Of a stretch of 64,000 nucleotides of DNA, positions 39,606 through 49,502 are shown piece after piece. The stretch's first letter is position 1, and every line of letters starts with the position of its first letter. The notes under the pieces were generated by a model. The model was given only the letters and a program-made list of their open reading frames with translations. It was not told the origin of the DNA and did not search any database. This stretch comes from an uncultured Candidatus Poseidoniales archaeon (GTDB lineage: Archaea; Thermoplasmatota; Poseidoniia; Poseidoniales; Thalassarchaeaceae): contig CAJJBW010000006.1 in NCBI GenBank assembly GCA_905182515.1, forward strand, positions 79,553 to 143,552, read 5' to 3'. The position numbers and the translations under genes were made by a program.

Positions 39606-40589
39606 ATGAACAGAGGACAGGGCAACTTCGGTAGTAAATTACAACACCCTCGGCGTAGTTTGGGCGATAGGCATAGAACTCAAGCTGAAAAATTCTTAAA
39701 ATTAGGAATAGAGGGCGAAAATATAAGTTGGGCAGAACAGAATGCTAAGCAATCTGTATTATATGACTTTACTAACCCTAAAAATTGGCGTTTACTCATT
39801 AAAATAAAAATTATCAACACAGATAATCTTGGCATAAAAATGTTATTAGAAGACCTGTTTAATGTATTGGGAAGAGATAATGCATTATTAGAACAGTTAC
39901 AAAATATAAATTTAGTGGATTCTGGAGAAAAATTATTAGATGCTACTTTTGAAATCGACCCACTAGATCCAGAATTATGGTGGGAAAGGATAAAAGGAAA
40001 AAAGATTGAAATTGAAAAATTTGCTAAACGGTTAAAGCAATTAGATACGAGAGATTATAGATCTAATATTCTATTCTCAAGACGCATACAAATAATAAAA
40101 AATTCTGGATATGAAGAATTATTTTTAGAATTGTCCAGATATTTGTTAGCCCAAAGGCCTGCCAACCATGAAGTATGGAATGAATTAGGAAAATTACATG
40201 AGAGAAGGAAGGAATATGATCAAGCATGGTTTAGTTATGATCAGGCACAAATACATTTTCCAAAATCTAAGGTTAGGGATGAATTTAAGATTAGAATGGA
40301 GAATTTACTAGAAGGTAGCGCAAACGAGCCATGGACTCGCCCGAAAATAGATCATAGGATTCAATTTCTAAAAAGAATGGAGGAAATATCTTATCATACT
40401 AATACTAAAATTGAAGAAAAAACTATTGAAGATATAGTTAAGAATGAGAATATTGCAGATAAAATTGAAAATTTGATTAAAGATGATAGGATTTCTGAAG
40501 CGTTTTTCTTAGCCAGAAGGTTGGCTGCTGAAGGAGATGAAGAAGCTAAAGTGATGGTAAACAAAATATTGAAGGTGATGGAAAAATGA
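39606..40589 (+). CDS. TPR-containing hypothetical protein
   Basis: PANHEVWNELGKLHERRKEYDQAWFSYDQA TPR; in operon with UbiD. Confidence 0.65.
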   Translation: MNRGQGNFGSKLQHPRRSLGDRHRTQAEKFLKLGIEGENISWAEQNAKQSVLYDFTNPKNWRLLIKIKIINTDNLGIKMLLEDLFNVLGRDNALLEQLQNINLVDSGEKLLDATFEIDPLDPELWWERIKGKKIEIEKFAKRLKQLDTRDYRSNILFSRRIQIIKNSGYEELFLELSRYLLAQRPANHEVWNELGKLHERRKEYDQAWFSYDQAQIHFPKSKVRDEFKIRMENLLEGSANEPWTRPKIDHRIQFLKRMEEISYHTNTKIEEKTIEDIVKNENIADKIENLIKDDRISEAFFLARRLAAEGDEEAKVMVNKILKVMEK

Positions 40590-40978
40590 AAAAACAATTT
40601 GTAATAACTTGGGTGACATCTAAATCTGACGAAGAATGTTGGTTGATGGTATTAAACAAAATTAGAGGATGGGAGTTCCCTGGAGGCAAGATAGAGGAAG
40701 GAGAAGAAGTCGAAGAGGCTGCATTGAGAGAACTCTTTGAAGAAACTGGTTTACTAGGTACTGCGATGGCTTATGATGAAAACTTAGTCCAAGGCGGATA
40801 CATAGTATGGGTAGAAGTAGAACAAGAACCAACACCGATTGCTTGGGAATCTGAAGATGAATCCATAGAAGAAGTTGGCTGGTGCATTGAAATTCCAGAA
40901 AGGATTGGGTGGAGCATTGAAGAGATTAATAGAATAAGAAATCATGATTGGAGTGCTTCTAAAACCCTAGGATCCTGA
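40586..40978 (+). CDS. NUDIX hydrolase
   Basis: Nudix box GGKIEEGEEVEEAALRELFEETGL; ATGA overlap with the upstream gene. Confidence 0.88.
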   Translation: MKKQFVITWVTSKSDEECWLMVLNKIRGWEFPGGKIEEGEEVEEAALRELFEETGLLGTAMAYDENLVQGGYIVWVEVEQEPTPIAWESEDESIEEVGWCIEIPERIGWSIEEINRIRNHDWSASKTLGS

Positions 40979-41781
40979 ATTTCATCTAAACGCTGAATTA
41001 GAATATCTGTCCATGAATATATTTTTAACATCTCAGATGCATCAATTATTAATCCGATGTCAGTTCTATTTTCTCCAGATAAATCTTGAAATACTATTGG
41101 CATGAGTTCTTCAACTACTAATTTAATATCTTCAGGATTTGATGAGATTTGAGTATTTCCGGGAGTTTCCCTTGGCTTTGCATTTACAATTCTAGAGTCC
41201 ATATTAGGTGCTTGAGCATTTACATCATCTAATGCCATATCTAGCCATTCTAAATTACTAACTAAATTTTCCGGAACCATAGCCGATTTTATAAATTCTA
41301 AACGTGCTATCCACATATGCCTCATTGATGGTTCATAATCTCCCATGCTTGAAAGAATACGGGCTGATTCTAATCTCGATAGCCCCAATATTTCACTCGG
41401 GTGCCCTAGTTTTTCTGAAATATCTGCATGCGTAGCAAGTGCCATCATTAATTCATTTTTGTTAGTGTGCCATGATGCTAAGTTGAGTAATGCTAGGCCG
41501 TGGGAAAATGAATAAGGATCTGAAGCATTTAATCTATCGGCACACCAACGTAACTCTTTACCTATTTCTTCTGTATCAATTGCTCCTATCAAAGCCCTCT
41601 CCATTCTTATTTTAGCTTCATATAAATGGTTGCGTTCAGTAACGCCTCTCGAGCGTATCAATAGTTCATTTGATAGAGATATTGCTGCCTCTGTCTTTCC
41701 ATCTTTTAATAGATGTTGAAGAATAGCAAAATCAGTAATTAAAGAAGGTGTATCTTGATCGATAACACTCATATTTATCAC
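40942..41781 (-). CDS. Hypothetical alpha-helical protein at the end of the exosome superoperon
   Basis: 279-aa ORF translationally coupled to pfdB; no recognised motif. Confidence 0.6.
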   Translation of the reverse strand: MINMSVIDQDTPSLITDFAILQHLLKDGKTEAAISLSNELLIRSRGVTERNHLYEAKIRMERALIGAIDTEEIGKELRWCADRLNASDPYSFSHGLALLNLASWHTNKNELMMALATHADISEKLGHPSEILGLSRLESARILSSMGDYEPSMRHMWIARLEFIKSAMVPENLVSNLEWLDMALDDVNAQAPNMDSRIVNAKPRETPGNTQISSNPEDIKLVVEELMPIVFQDLSGENRTDIGLIIDASEMLKIYSWTDILIQRLDEIQDPRVLEALQS

Positions 41782-42104
41782 TGCGATTCAAATATTGAGG
41801 CTAAATGTTCATATTTTTCTCTTAAACTTCCTTCTCTCTCAATTAATCTTTTAAGATGATTTTCAACATTTATTTTTGATTCTGATAATTCATTAGATAA
41901 TTTTTCCCTATCTTCAACTTCAAGGAGAAGATTTCCCAATGATCGATATACTGCTTTGTCTTTGTCTTGATTAGATAGAGCGTCAATTGTTAAACCATAT
42001 TCAGAACTTTGAGAAGAAAATGATTGTATCTGCCCTCTGATAATTTGTAATTCTTGTACAATAGCTTTGATTTCTTCAGATGCATTATCTTCGGACATAC
42101 TCAA
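41778..42104 (-). CDS. pfdB: Prefoldin beta subunit
   Basis: Coiled coil - VYRSLGNLLLE hairpin - coiled coil; conserved superoperon position. Confidence 0.9.
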   Translation of the reverse strand: MSMSEDNASEEIKAIVQELQIIRGQIQSFSSQSSEYGLTIDALSNQDKDKAVYRSLGNLLLEVEDREKLSNELSESKINVENHLKRLIEREGSLREKYEHLASIFESQ

Positions 42105-42337
42105 ACCTCTTCTTCTACTGACCTAAGTACTTGTTCAGACACTATAAGTCCTCTCATTATAGTATTCCATCTCGCCCTTAAGTCTACAAAACTATGTGCA
42201 TTTTCATTGATAACAATATGTGTTCCTTCAACAATATATGATGCTTCTGTAGTTAAACTAGCAGCAAAAGAATCATTATAATCTGAGATTATCTTTAAAG
42301 ATAAAGACAAACAGTTATTCTTCTTCTGATTTATCAT
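42101..42337 (-). CDS. pcc1: KEOPS complex subunit Pcc1 (divergent)
   Basis: A.SFVDLRARWNTIMRGL.V matches the Pcc1 C-terminal helix; lies between rpl37ae and pfdB. Real start may be TTG at 42310. Confidence 0.65.
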   Translation of the reverse strand: MINQKKNNCLSLSLKIISDYNDSFAASLTTEASYIVEGTHIVINENAHSFVDLRARWNTIMRGLIVSEQVLRSVEEEV

Positions 42338-42692
42338 TTACAACACTCTCAGACAGTTGTTTTTCATAATCCATTGCAGCTTGTTGTGCTATTATGGTCA
42401 TGTCTGTTGCCGTTGCTCCTTCTACGGAACGACGGATGATCCTAGAATTAGCATCTGTAGCACGAGTATATGGCTCCCATACCCCTCCAGAAAATACATG
42501 GTTGCACTTCTTGCACTCCCAAATTCCAGTAACTTTTCTAGTAACTTTTTGATATTGGCATACTGGGCAAGTATAATTCTTGGACTTCTTAATTAGTGCT
42601 GCACCAGCTCTTCGACGTACGCTAACACCATATCTTGCTCCATAACGTGCTGTAGCGCCAGCCTTCTGTGTTCTTTTTGCCACTTTACTCAC
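42315..42692 (-). CDS. rpl37ae: 50S ribosomal protein L37Ae (eL43)
   Basis: RYGARYGVSVRR, YTCPVC, R..TGIWECKKC..FSGG; acidic C-terminal extension. Confidence 0.96.
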   Translation of the reverse strand: MSKVAKRTQKAGATARYGARYGVSVRRRAGAALIKKSKNYTCPVCQYQKVTRKVTGIWECKKCNHVFSGGVWEPYTRATDANSRIIRRSVEGATATDMTIIAQQAAMDYEKQLSESVVNDKSEEE

Positions 42693-43473
42693 CTACTACT
42701 GAATTTACTAATTTACGAAGTTCCTTGGACGTGTCTTTGGCCTTCTCCATTATTTCTACAAATTCTTCCGCCGAGAATATTCCCTTTAGACCCTTCTGAA
42801 GAGAGTGTACATGATCGTCCTCCCCTAGAGTAATGTGAATTCTTTCATCTCCTCCCAATTCCTCTTTATAATTTGCATCATAAACAAACCTATTACCAAC
42901 TTTATGATATGAGCACATTATTGGCAATGACGACAATTCAAGTTTTTGATCCTGACCTACCTCAAATCTTTCACAAGGTAGCGTAGCTGTCTTTAAAGCA
43001 GCAATTCCGGCTAAAGCGAATGCATCAAATAAATTACCATCATCAGAAATAGCAAATAAATCTAAAATAACTTGCCATGCTTTTTCTCCTGGAATTATAC
43101 ACAGACTTTTGACATCGATACATCCAGATTCTCTAATACCTCTATCCACTACTCTTCCTAATTCTATAGATTCTGCACTTGGTGGACCTGGTTCCCAATT
43201 CCTGCCAGCCACAGGTCTAACCTCTGCACCACACATTAAACCGCCTTCATTAGGCCTGTCAGGGTAAGGTTTCATTAGTTGAAATTTCACACCAGCATAA
43301 ACTATAGTGTCCCCCATAGTCACCTTAGCAGAACCTTCTGCACGTGGTAAAATGTCAATTTCTAGATTGGTCTCTCTACCTTCCCATCTTCCTCTACCAT
43401 CTAATCTTTCGTCTTTAGATGCTAATTCCAATAGATGAGCCCTCAGGAGCTTAGAAACTAATGGTATAGCCAT
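42685..43473 (-). CDS. rrp42: Exosome complex component Rrp42
   Basis: RLDGRG, AEGSAKV..GDT.V.AGVK, PYPD.PNEG, ELGRVVDRGIRES, DDGNLFDA. Confidence 0.95.
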   Translation of the reverse strand: MAIPLVSKLLRAHLLELASKDERLDGRGRWEGRETNLEIDILPRAEGSAKVTMGDTIVYAGVKFQLMKPYPDRPNEGGLMCGAEVRPVAGRNWEPGPPSAESIELGRVVDRGIRESGCIDVKSLCIIPGEKAWQVILDLFAISDDGNLFDAFALAGIAALKTATLPCERFEVGQDQKLELSSLPIMCSYHKVGNRFVYDANYKEELGGDERIHITLGEDDHVHSLQKGLKGIFSAEEFVEIMEKAKDTSKELRKLVNSVVGE

Positions 43474-44192
43474 TAATTCACACCCCCATTTTTTAATGCT
43501 TCAATCATTATTTTATGCACTTCATACGCTGCTGCAACATTATAATCCCATGCAGTTTGGAATTCCTCTTGAGATAAGTCACCATCCATCTGTAGAAAAA
43601 CAATTTCTCCTGAATTAGGCAATATCCCCATAGGGAGGTCCGCTTCACCGTAATTGTCTTCTTCTTTATTTAAATCACATACAACAATATCATTAATTTT
43701 TCCAGATGCAACTGAAACTACCAAATCTGACATAGGTATTCCAGCATGTGCGAGTGCCACTGATGCTGCAGTCAATCCAACACATCTTGTTCCTGCTTCA
43801 GCACAAATAACTTCTATCTCTACACGGATTTTCGATCTTGGATACATTTCAAGAAGAACTACGCTTTCAAGTGCATCAGATGTTACTTTACTAATTTCTC
43901 TGCTTCTACGATTAAAGCCCGGTCTAATCCTATCAGTTGTTGAAAATGGTGCCATATTATATCTAACGTCCAATACTGCCCTGTCTTGGCGTTGTATTTT
44001 TCTTGGATGTGCTTCCATTGGGCCATAAACAGCAACAATAACGTCATTGGTGCCCCACGTCATCCTACATGAGCCATCTGCCACTGGGACAACTCCAGTT
44101 TCAATCGTTATAGGCCGTACATCGGTAGCTGTTCTACCATCCATGCGTAAACCATTTTCATCAATCATTTCTATATCTCCGTAACCACCCAT
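43473..44192 (-). CDS. rrp41: Exosome complex exonuclease Rrp41
   Basis: RMDGR, ADGS, VYGP.E.HP, RYNMAPFS..DR, RRSREISKV, AEAGTR, DLNKEED..GEADLP. Confidence 0.96.
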   Translation of the reverse strand: MGGYGDIEMIDENGLRMDGRTATDVRPITIETGVVPVADGSCRMTWGTNDVIVAVYGPMEAHPRKIQRQDRAVLDVRYNMAPFSTTDRIRPGFNRRSREISKVTSDALESVVLLEMYPRSKIRVEIEVICAEAGTRCVGLTAASVALAHAGIPMSDLVVSVASGKINDIVVCDLNKEEDNYGEADLPMGILPNSGEIVFLQMDGDLSQEEFQTAWDYNVAAAYEVHKIMIEALKNGGVN

Positions 44193-44857
44193 TATGCGAC
44201 TCCTCCTTGCTCTAATAAACGAGAATTATTTGATAATGAATTGAGACTGTTACGTACAGTAATTATTCCCTCTACCTCGCCATCTATCCATATTCTGCCA
44301 TTATCAGCAGTTATTATCCTACAATCAGAATCTTCTTTCATATTCTTCAGATGTTCTTGGTTATTTTCTAAAAGTTGAATTATTAAATGAGGATCCACGT
44401 CGTCAATACTTCCAGATCTAATTTTCCTGAGGCCCATGCCTTTCATAGTTACAACGCTAGAATGAGTTTCTTCGACCTCCTGTACTCGACACAATATCGC
44501 TTCACCTATGTCTATTACTTGCCTCGTAGAACCAAAAGACGCTTTTGATGGACCTAAACTCATTGGTAAAATAGCATTAAACGGGGCACCTATATCAATG
44601 AACCAAATATTGTTAGTACAACCTTCTACATATCCTATTACCAAATCACTAGGCCTAGGAATATAGGTTGAATGTATGGGTTCTATTGAAACTGTCTTGC
44701 CATTTATCTTTATTTTACCATTTTTTGTTGCCACTAGATTATCATTTCGAATCATAATCCCGTGACCTGCTTCAAACTCGTTCGATTGGCCGAGATTTTC
44801 CCCCGGAACAACTGTTTGAGAATCTTGCGGACCGTCCGCATTATTGTTACCACTCAT
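44192..44857 (-). CDS. rrp4: Exosome RNA-binding protein Rrp4
   Basis: VVPGE.LG, YIPRPSDLVIG S1 domain, degenerate KH with NGRIWI; superoperon position. Confidence 0.88.
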   Translation of the reverse strand: MSGNNNADGPQDSQTVVPGENLGQSNEFEAGHGIMIRNDNLVATKNGKIKINGKTVSIEPIHSTYIPRPSDLVIGYVEGCTNNIWFIDIGAPFNAILPMSLGPSKASFGSTRQVIDIGEAILCRVQEVEETHSSVVTMKGMGLRKIRSGSIDDVDPHLIIQLLENNQEHLKNMKEDSDCRIITADNGRIWIDGEVEGIITVRNSLNSLSNNSRLLEQGGVA

Positions 44858-44921
44858 GTTATCAAGCCGCGCGACTGGCCAATCATTGATAATCTTGATG
44901 AAGAACATGTGTTCTATATCG

Positions 44922-45611
44922 CTAGTCTATTTCTTTAACATCTGCATCGGATGATCGTTGAGATACCCTGCTAATGATTTCATTTTTCATTCCTCCTGGT
45001 ACTTCGACAACGCATACCCACGCCCCGTCACTCATCCATTCTTCTTTTATTATGGAATTCCGTAAAAGTTGGTTTACCCCTCCATAATCCTTTCCTGAAA
45101 TTCTAAAAGCGAGTTTTACTGTTGTGAATTGTAAAGGTATCAATGGCTTTAAGATTTTAATGGCATCTTGTACTTGCCGTTCAATAGACAAGAAAGGGTC
45201 TACAGAAAATCTGGCTTCTTCTAAAGCATTTTCAATTCTTACGGCAGGATGAGGCAATTTTGTTTTTGGATCTGTGGCAGTAGTCGCTATTTCATTAATT
45301 ATTTTCTTTTTCTTTTCTGCTACAATTTTTTTCCTTTGTGATGTAGTTAATTGGATTGATCCATCTTTAAGAATTTTACTAACGCAAGGGGCTAATTCTG
45401 TACTACCAAAAATTTTGATTAAAGCTTCAGATGTTGGCCTATCTCCAGAACTAGCATCTGACCAAATTTGTTCAGTAGCCAATAAATCAGAGAGATTAAC
45501 AGAATCATTGTCATTTTTCCATTTTTGAACTAATTCAGGATCAACAAGAATTTCATACCTAGAACCACCTTTCTCAAGCCGGGCTAAGACTGCATCATCT
45601 AAACTAACCAT
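44922..45611 (-). CDS. Ribosome maturation factor SBDS/Sdo1
   Basis: ARL...G.RYEILVDP, G.IQLT..QR, DPKTKLPHP..RIE.ALEEA. Confidence 0.95.
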   Translation of the reverse strand: MVSLDDAVLARLEKGGSRYEILVDPELVQKWKNDNDSVNLSDLLATEQIWSDASSGDRPTSEALIKIFGSTELAPCVSKILKDGSIQLTTSQRKKIVAEKKKKIINEIATTATDPKTKLPHPAVRIENALEEARFSVDPFLSIERQVQDAIKILKPLIPLQFTTVKLAFRISGKDYGGVNQLLRNSIIKEEWMSDGAWVCVVEVPGGMKNEIISRVSQRSSDADVKEID

Positions 45612-45656
45612 ATGCACGCTGAGGAGTATTAGCCCTTAATAAGTAGCCACATATGT

Positions 45657-46370
45657 TCACTTAGAAACTTTGGAAAGATGTTTTAATGTTGTATCGTGAT
45701 CCAGTTTTTGATAACCATTTGAATCAACTATAGATATTTCGACAGTATCATAATTTAAATTATCTTCTAAAGACTCTTGGAGTGCTTCTAGACCTAATTT
45801 GATAGCTGCATTTTGAGTCATTCCTTTCTTCCATGATTTTTCAAAATGGTCAATTACGGTCGATCTTCCACGTCCAATTGCACCTGCTTGATATGATTGA
45901 TAAGCTCCTGAAGGATCGGTTTCGAACAGATGGACTCCGTCATCGTCCACCCCAGCAATCAATAAAGCCGTGCCGAACGGTCTAGCCCCTCCGTATTGTG
46001 TGAAAGATTGTTTATAATCGCACATCTTCTTTACTAATGTAATCATTGAAATCGCGCTGCCGAAAGTCATTCTATTTATTTGGCATTGTACACGCGCTTT
46101 GTCCACTAATTGCCTAGCATCTGCTACAAGCCCAGAAGTAGTCATCCCTATGTGATCATCAATTTGGTACATCTTTTCTATAGAATCGGTGATAACTAAT
46201 TTATTTGCGATTCTTTTATCTACAATTAGTACTGCCCCATCTTTGTACTTTAAACCGACAGTAGTCGTACCTCTCTTTACTGATTCTCTGGCATATTCTA
46301 CTTGGTAAAGACGACCATCTGGTGAGAATGTGGAAACACCGTGATCATATCCGCGTCCGCTGGGCTGCAT
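45657..46370 (-). CDS. psmA: Proteasome subunit alpha
   Basis: GYD...STFSPDGRLYQVEYARE, SGLVADAR, TQYGGARPFG, ETDPSG. Confidence 0.97.
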   Translation of the reverse strand: MQPSGRGYDHGVSTFSPDGRLYQVEYARESVKRGTTTVGLKYKDGAVLIVDKRIANKLVITDSIEKMYQIDDHIGMTTSGLVADARQLVDKARVQCQINRMTFGSAISMITLVKKMCDYKQSFTQYGGARPFGTALLIAGVDDDGVHLFETDPSGAYQSYQAGAIGRGRSTVIDHFEKSWKKGMTQNAAIKLGLEALQESLEDNLNYDTVEISIVDSNGYQKLDHDTTLKHLSKVSK

Positions 46371-46468
46371 AATTATCAAGCGAATGCCGGAACCCTCTCT
46401 TATCAATCTTAGTCGTGAACACTCTCATTAGGGGTGGCATTCATCTCTAAAGACCTAAACGGAAGAGC

Positions 46469-47221
46469 ATGCGAGTCGCCATTCTTTGCTCAGGAGGAAA
46501 AGATTCTGCTTACGCCGCATGGTGGGCAGAGATGCAAGGATGGGAAACGGTAGCAATCATTACAGTAGGAATTAGTGGAGAAGATTCAATGATGTTTCAA
46601 ATTCAAGGGACATTTGTTTCTGCATTTCAATCGGTTTCAATGGGCGTTCCGTGGTTGCCAGTTCAATCAACTGGTTTAGAAGAAATAGAAATTTCTGATC
46701 TAGAAGATGCAATCCTAGGTAAAAGAGACAGTAGAGAAGATTATGAATCATTGTGGCCATTCCACATTGATACACCTCCAGATTTAGAAATATTCACTGG
46801 TAAATTAGAAATTGATGCATTGATTAGTGGTGCCTTACGATCTGACTATCAAAAAACAAGAATTGAAAGAATGTGTCAGAGGCTTGACATAAAATCATTC
46901 AGCCCTTTGTGGCATAAAAATTCTGTTGACCACATGGAATCCCTAATTGAACATGGATTTGAGGTAAAATTCATATCAGTTTCATCTGAGGGATTAGATA
47001 GATCTTGGTTAGGAAAATCTTTAACAATGGAAAATTTGACATTACTAAAATCTCTTGCAACAAAATTTAGATTTAATTTAGATGGAGAGGGAGGAGAATT
47101 TGAAACCATTACTATTAATGGCCCTCATATGAAGAATAGAATTTATTGCGAAGGGGAAGCAAAATACAAATCAGGAAGAGGAATATGGGAAATACAAAAA
47201 GCAAATATCCAATTGGGCTAA
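46469..47221 (+). CDS. dph6: Diphthine--ammonia ligase
   Basis: SGGKDS PP-loop, S.MFQ, SGALRSDYQKTRIERMC, PLW, GEGGEFET. Confidence 0.9.
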   Translation: MRVAILCSGGKDSAYAAWWAEMQGWETVAIITVGISGEDSMMFQIQGTFVSAFQSVSMGVPWLPVQSTGLEEIEISDLEDAILGKRDSREDYESLWPFHIDTPPDLEIFTGKLEIDALISGALRSDYQKTRIERMCQRLDIKSFSPLWHKNSVDHMESLIEHGFEVKFISVSSEGLDRSWLGKSLTMENLTLLKSLATKFRFNLDGEGGEFETITINGPHMKNRIYCEGEAKYKSGRGIWEIQKANIQLG

Positions 47222-47260
47222 ACATCAAACACCTTGGCGTTGTCGGTTGTATTGAAAGAC

Positions 47261-48610
47261 ATGCCAGTATCCCCATTAGACTATCGTTATGGAAGAGAAG
47301 AAGCAAAACAAATTTGGTCCCGTGAAGGCCGGCATGCCAGGCAACTAGAAGTTGAAAGAGCATTGGTGTGGGCGCACTGCAAATTAGGGAAAGTAAGTGC
47401 AGAACATTATGACATTATTGCAGATATTGCAGATCCAGGTATTGTGACTGCAGATAGAGTAGATGAGATTGAGTTAGAGACAAGACACGATATAATGGCG
47501 TTAACAAAAGCCATGGCTGAATCTGCGGGAGAAGCAGGATGGTGTATTCACCTAGGAGCCACCAGTAACGATATCGTAGATTCTGCAGTTGCACTTCAAA
47601 TTAAAGACAGTATAAAATTACAAATTGAAGGCACAACTGAATTACTAAGAACAATGTGCAATATGGCGGAAAGAGAACGAAACACTGTGATGCTTGGAAG
47701 AACTCATGGACAGGCAGCAGTACCCATAACATTTGGATTAAAAGTTGCTGTTTGGGTAGATGAATTCCGAAGACATATGGAAAGACTAGGTGAATTGACC
47801 CCTAGAGTAACAACTGGAAAATTTCTAGGAGCAGTTGGGACAGGGGCTGCACAAGGAGAAAATGCTTTCGAATTACAAGACTTGATAATGAGTAATTTAG
47901 GATTACAGACTCCAATGGCAACTACCCAAGTCGTAGGTAGAGATAGGTACATAGAATGGGTTGCTTGGATGGCAAACGTAGCCACTAGCATAGAAAAGGT
48001 ACTTCAGGAAGTAAGGAATTTACAAAGAAGTGAAATAGCAGAAGTAGCTGAATTTTTTGATGTTGAGAAACAGGTTGGCTCATCCACAATGGCGCATAAA
48101 AAAAATCCAATAACCGCAGAAAATGCTTGTGGGTTAGCAAGAATTGTTAGATCTATGATTATCCCCTCATATGAAAATGCATTATTATGGCATGAAAGAG
48201 ATTTGGCTAATTCATCAGCAGAAAGATTCACTTTGTCACATTCAATGATATTATTAGATGACATTACAGTTAAATGTAACAGAGTTTTATCGAAATTAGT
48301 TGTAGATAGTAATAAAATGAGGGAAAATATAGAGTCTCAAAAAGGATTGGTAATGGCCGAAAAAGTTATGCTAGTACTTGTAGACAAAGGAATGCCCCGA
48401 GATGAGTCTCATGAAGTATTACGCAGTGCATCAATGATTGCCATAGAAAATAAAAAGAATTTATTAGAAATTTGTTCTAAGGACAAAAGGATAACAGATA
48501 TGATTACAAATGAAAAGTTAGTAGAGATTTTCAGACCTGAAAGCCATTTAGGATTTAGCGGCAAGATTGTGGACAACACAATAAGAGAAGCAAGGAAGAT
48601 ATTGAATTAA
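47261..48610 (+). CDS. purB: Adenylosuccinate lyase
   Basis: SPLDYRYG, HDIMA, HLGATSND, GRTHGQ.A.P.TFG, GSSTMAHKKNP, HERDLANS. Confidence 0.96.
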   Translation: MPVSPLDYRYGREEAKQIWSREGRHARQLEVERALVWAHCKLGKVSAEHYDIIADIADPGIVTADRVDEIELETRHDIMALTKAMAESAGEAGWCIHLGATSNDIVDSAVALQIKDSIKLQIEGTTELLRTMCNMAERERNTVMLGRTHGQAAVPITFGLKVAVWVDEFRRHMERLGELTPRVTTGKFLGAVGTGAAQGENAFELQDLIMSNLGLQTPMATTQVVGRDRYIEWVAWMANVATSIEKVLQEVRNLQRSEIAEVAEFFDVEKQVGSSTMAHKKNPITAENACGLARIVRSMIIPSYENALLWHERDLANSSAERFTLSHSMILLDDITVKCNRVLSKLVVDSNKMRENIESQKGLVMAEKVMLVLVDKGMPRDESHEVLRSASMIAIENKKNLLEICSKDKRITDMITNEKLVEIFRPESHLGFSGKIVDNTIREARKILN

Positions 48611-48828
48611 ATCAATTTCATTGCAATTAAAAGAATAATGCCAGTTATAGAAGAAATAAAACCTAAAAGAATTATCATTGCATGTGGCCCATATTGATTG
48701 GCATCATTTAATGCAACATTTAGAAATCCATCTTCTCTAATTGCCTCAACCATTCCCAATTCACTTTCTTTAAAATCAGGAAGTGGGCGTCTTTTAATTC
48801 TCTCACCTTTCTTTGGAGAAGTAGACAT
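48607..48828 (-). CDS. Small membrane protein
   Basis: 73 aa with a C-terminal TM; fills the gap between convergent purB and a divergent gene. Confidence 0.6.
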   Translation of the reverse strand: MSTSPKKGERIKRRPLPDFKESELGMVEAIREDGFLNVALNDANQYGPHAMIILLGFISSITGIILLIAMKLI

Positions 48829-48911
48829 ATTCTAACGGAGTTATTGTTTCTGTTTAGACTTCTCCCCTCAAGAGGCAGAAAATACCATCAGGCAGAGGGA
48901 TATCCAATGCC

Positions 48912-49478
48912 ATGTTAGATCTGTCGAGGGGGCCAGTTCATCTATCGTATGAACAAGGATCGGGGGCAACAACATTGGCACTAAGTGTTGCCAGAGATGT
49001 ATTAAAATCCGGAAATAGAGTAAAGTGGTTATCCAGAGTTCTCCCTGATGGTGAAAGAACTTCACAAATCTTATGGGACTTGACTGAATCTGAATTAGAA
49101 AAATTTTTAGCCATGGAAATAAAAGAAAATCTTAATGAAAGTTTTAAAATTATAAAATATCTAATTAAAGGATTAGATCAAAATGATATTGTGATTATAG
49201 ACGATTGGTGCTCTAAAACTGGAAGGGCATCAAAAGAGGATATAGAAGGCATAGAAAACATTGTATCCATGGCTGTAAATAGTAAAATACTAATTTGTTC
49301 CACAGCTTACGAAAATATGAATGGTAAACAAGGCCAGTGGAAGTCAAGAGGAGGGAAAAGAATTGATAGCATTACAAGAAAAAATTTTCTAACCAGGTCT
49401 TTACATAATAACTCGAGAATACTAAAGGACGGAAACAATGAAATGTTTATTAAAATAATTGGAACTGGTGTAGAATAA
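48912..49478 (+). CDS. RecA-fold (RadB-like) protein with degenerate Walker A
   Basis: VHLSYEQGSGATTLAL, V.W, ER..QI, IVIIDDW (Walker B), GG motif before the last strands. Confidence 0.6.
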   Translation: MLDLSRGPVHLSYEQGSGATTLALSVARDVLKSGNRVKWLSRVLPDGERTSQILWDLTESELEKFLAMEIKENLNESFKIIKYLIKGLDQNDIVIIDDWCSKTGRASKEDIEGIENIVSMAVNSKILICSTAYENMNGKQGQWKSRGGKRIDSITRKNFLTRSLHNNSRILKDGNNEMFIKIIGTGVE

Positions 49479-49502
49479 TTATTTACAAGGTTTATTCGTA
49501 AT

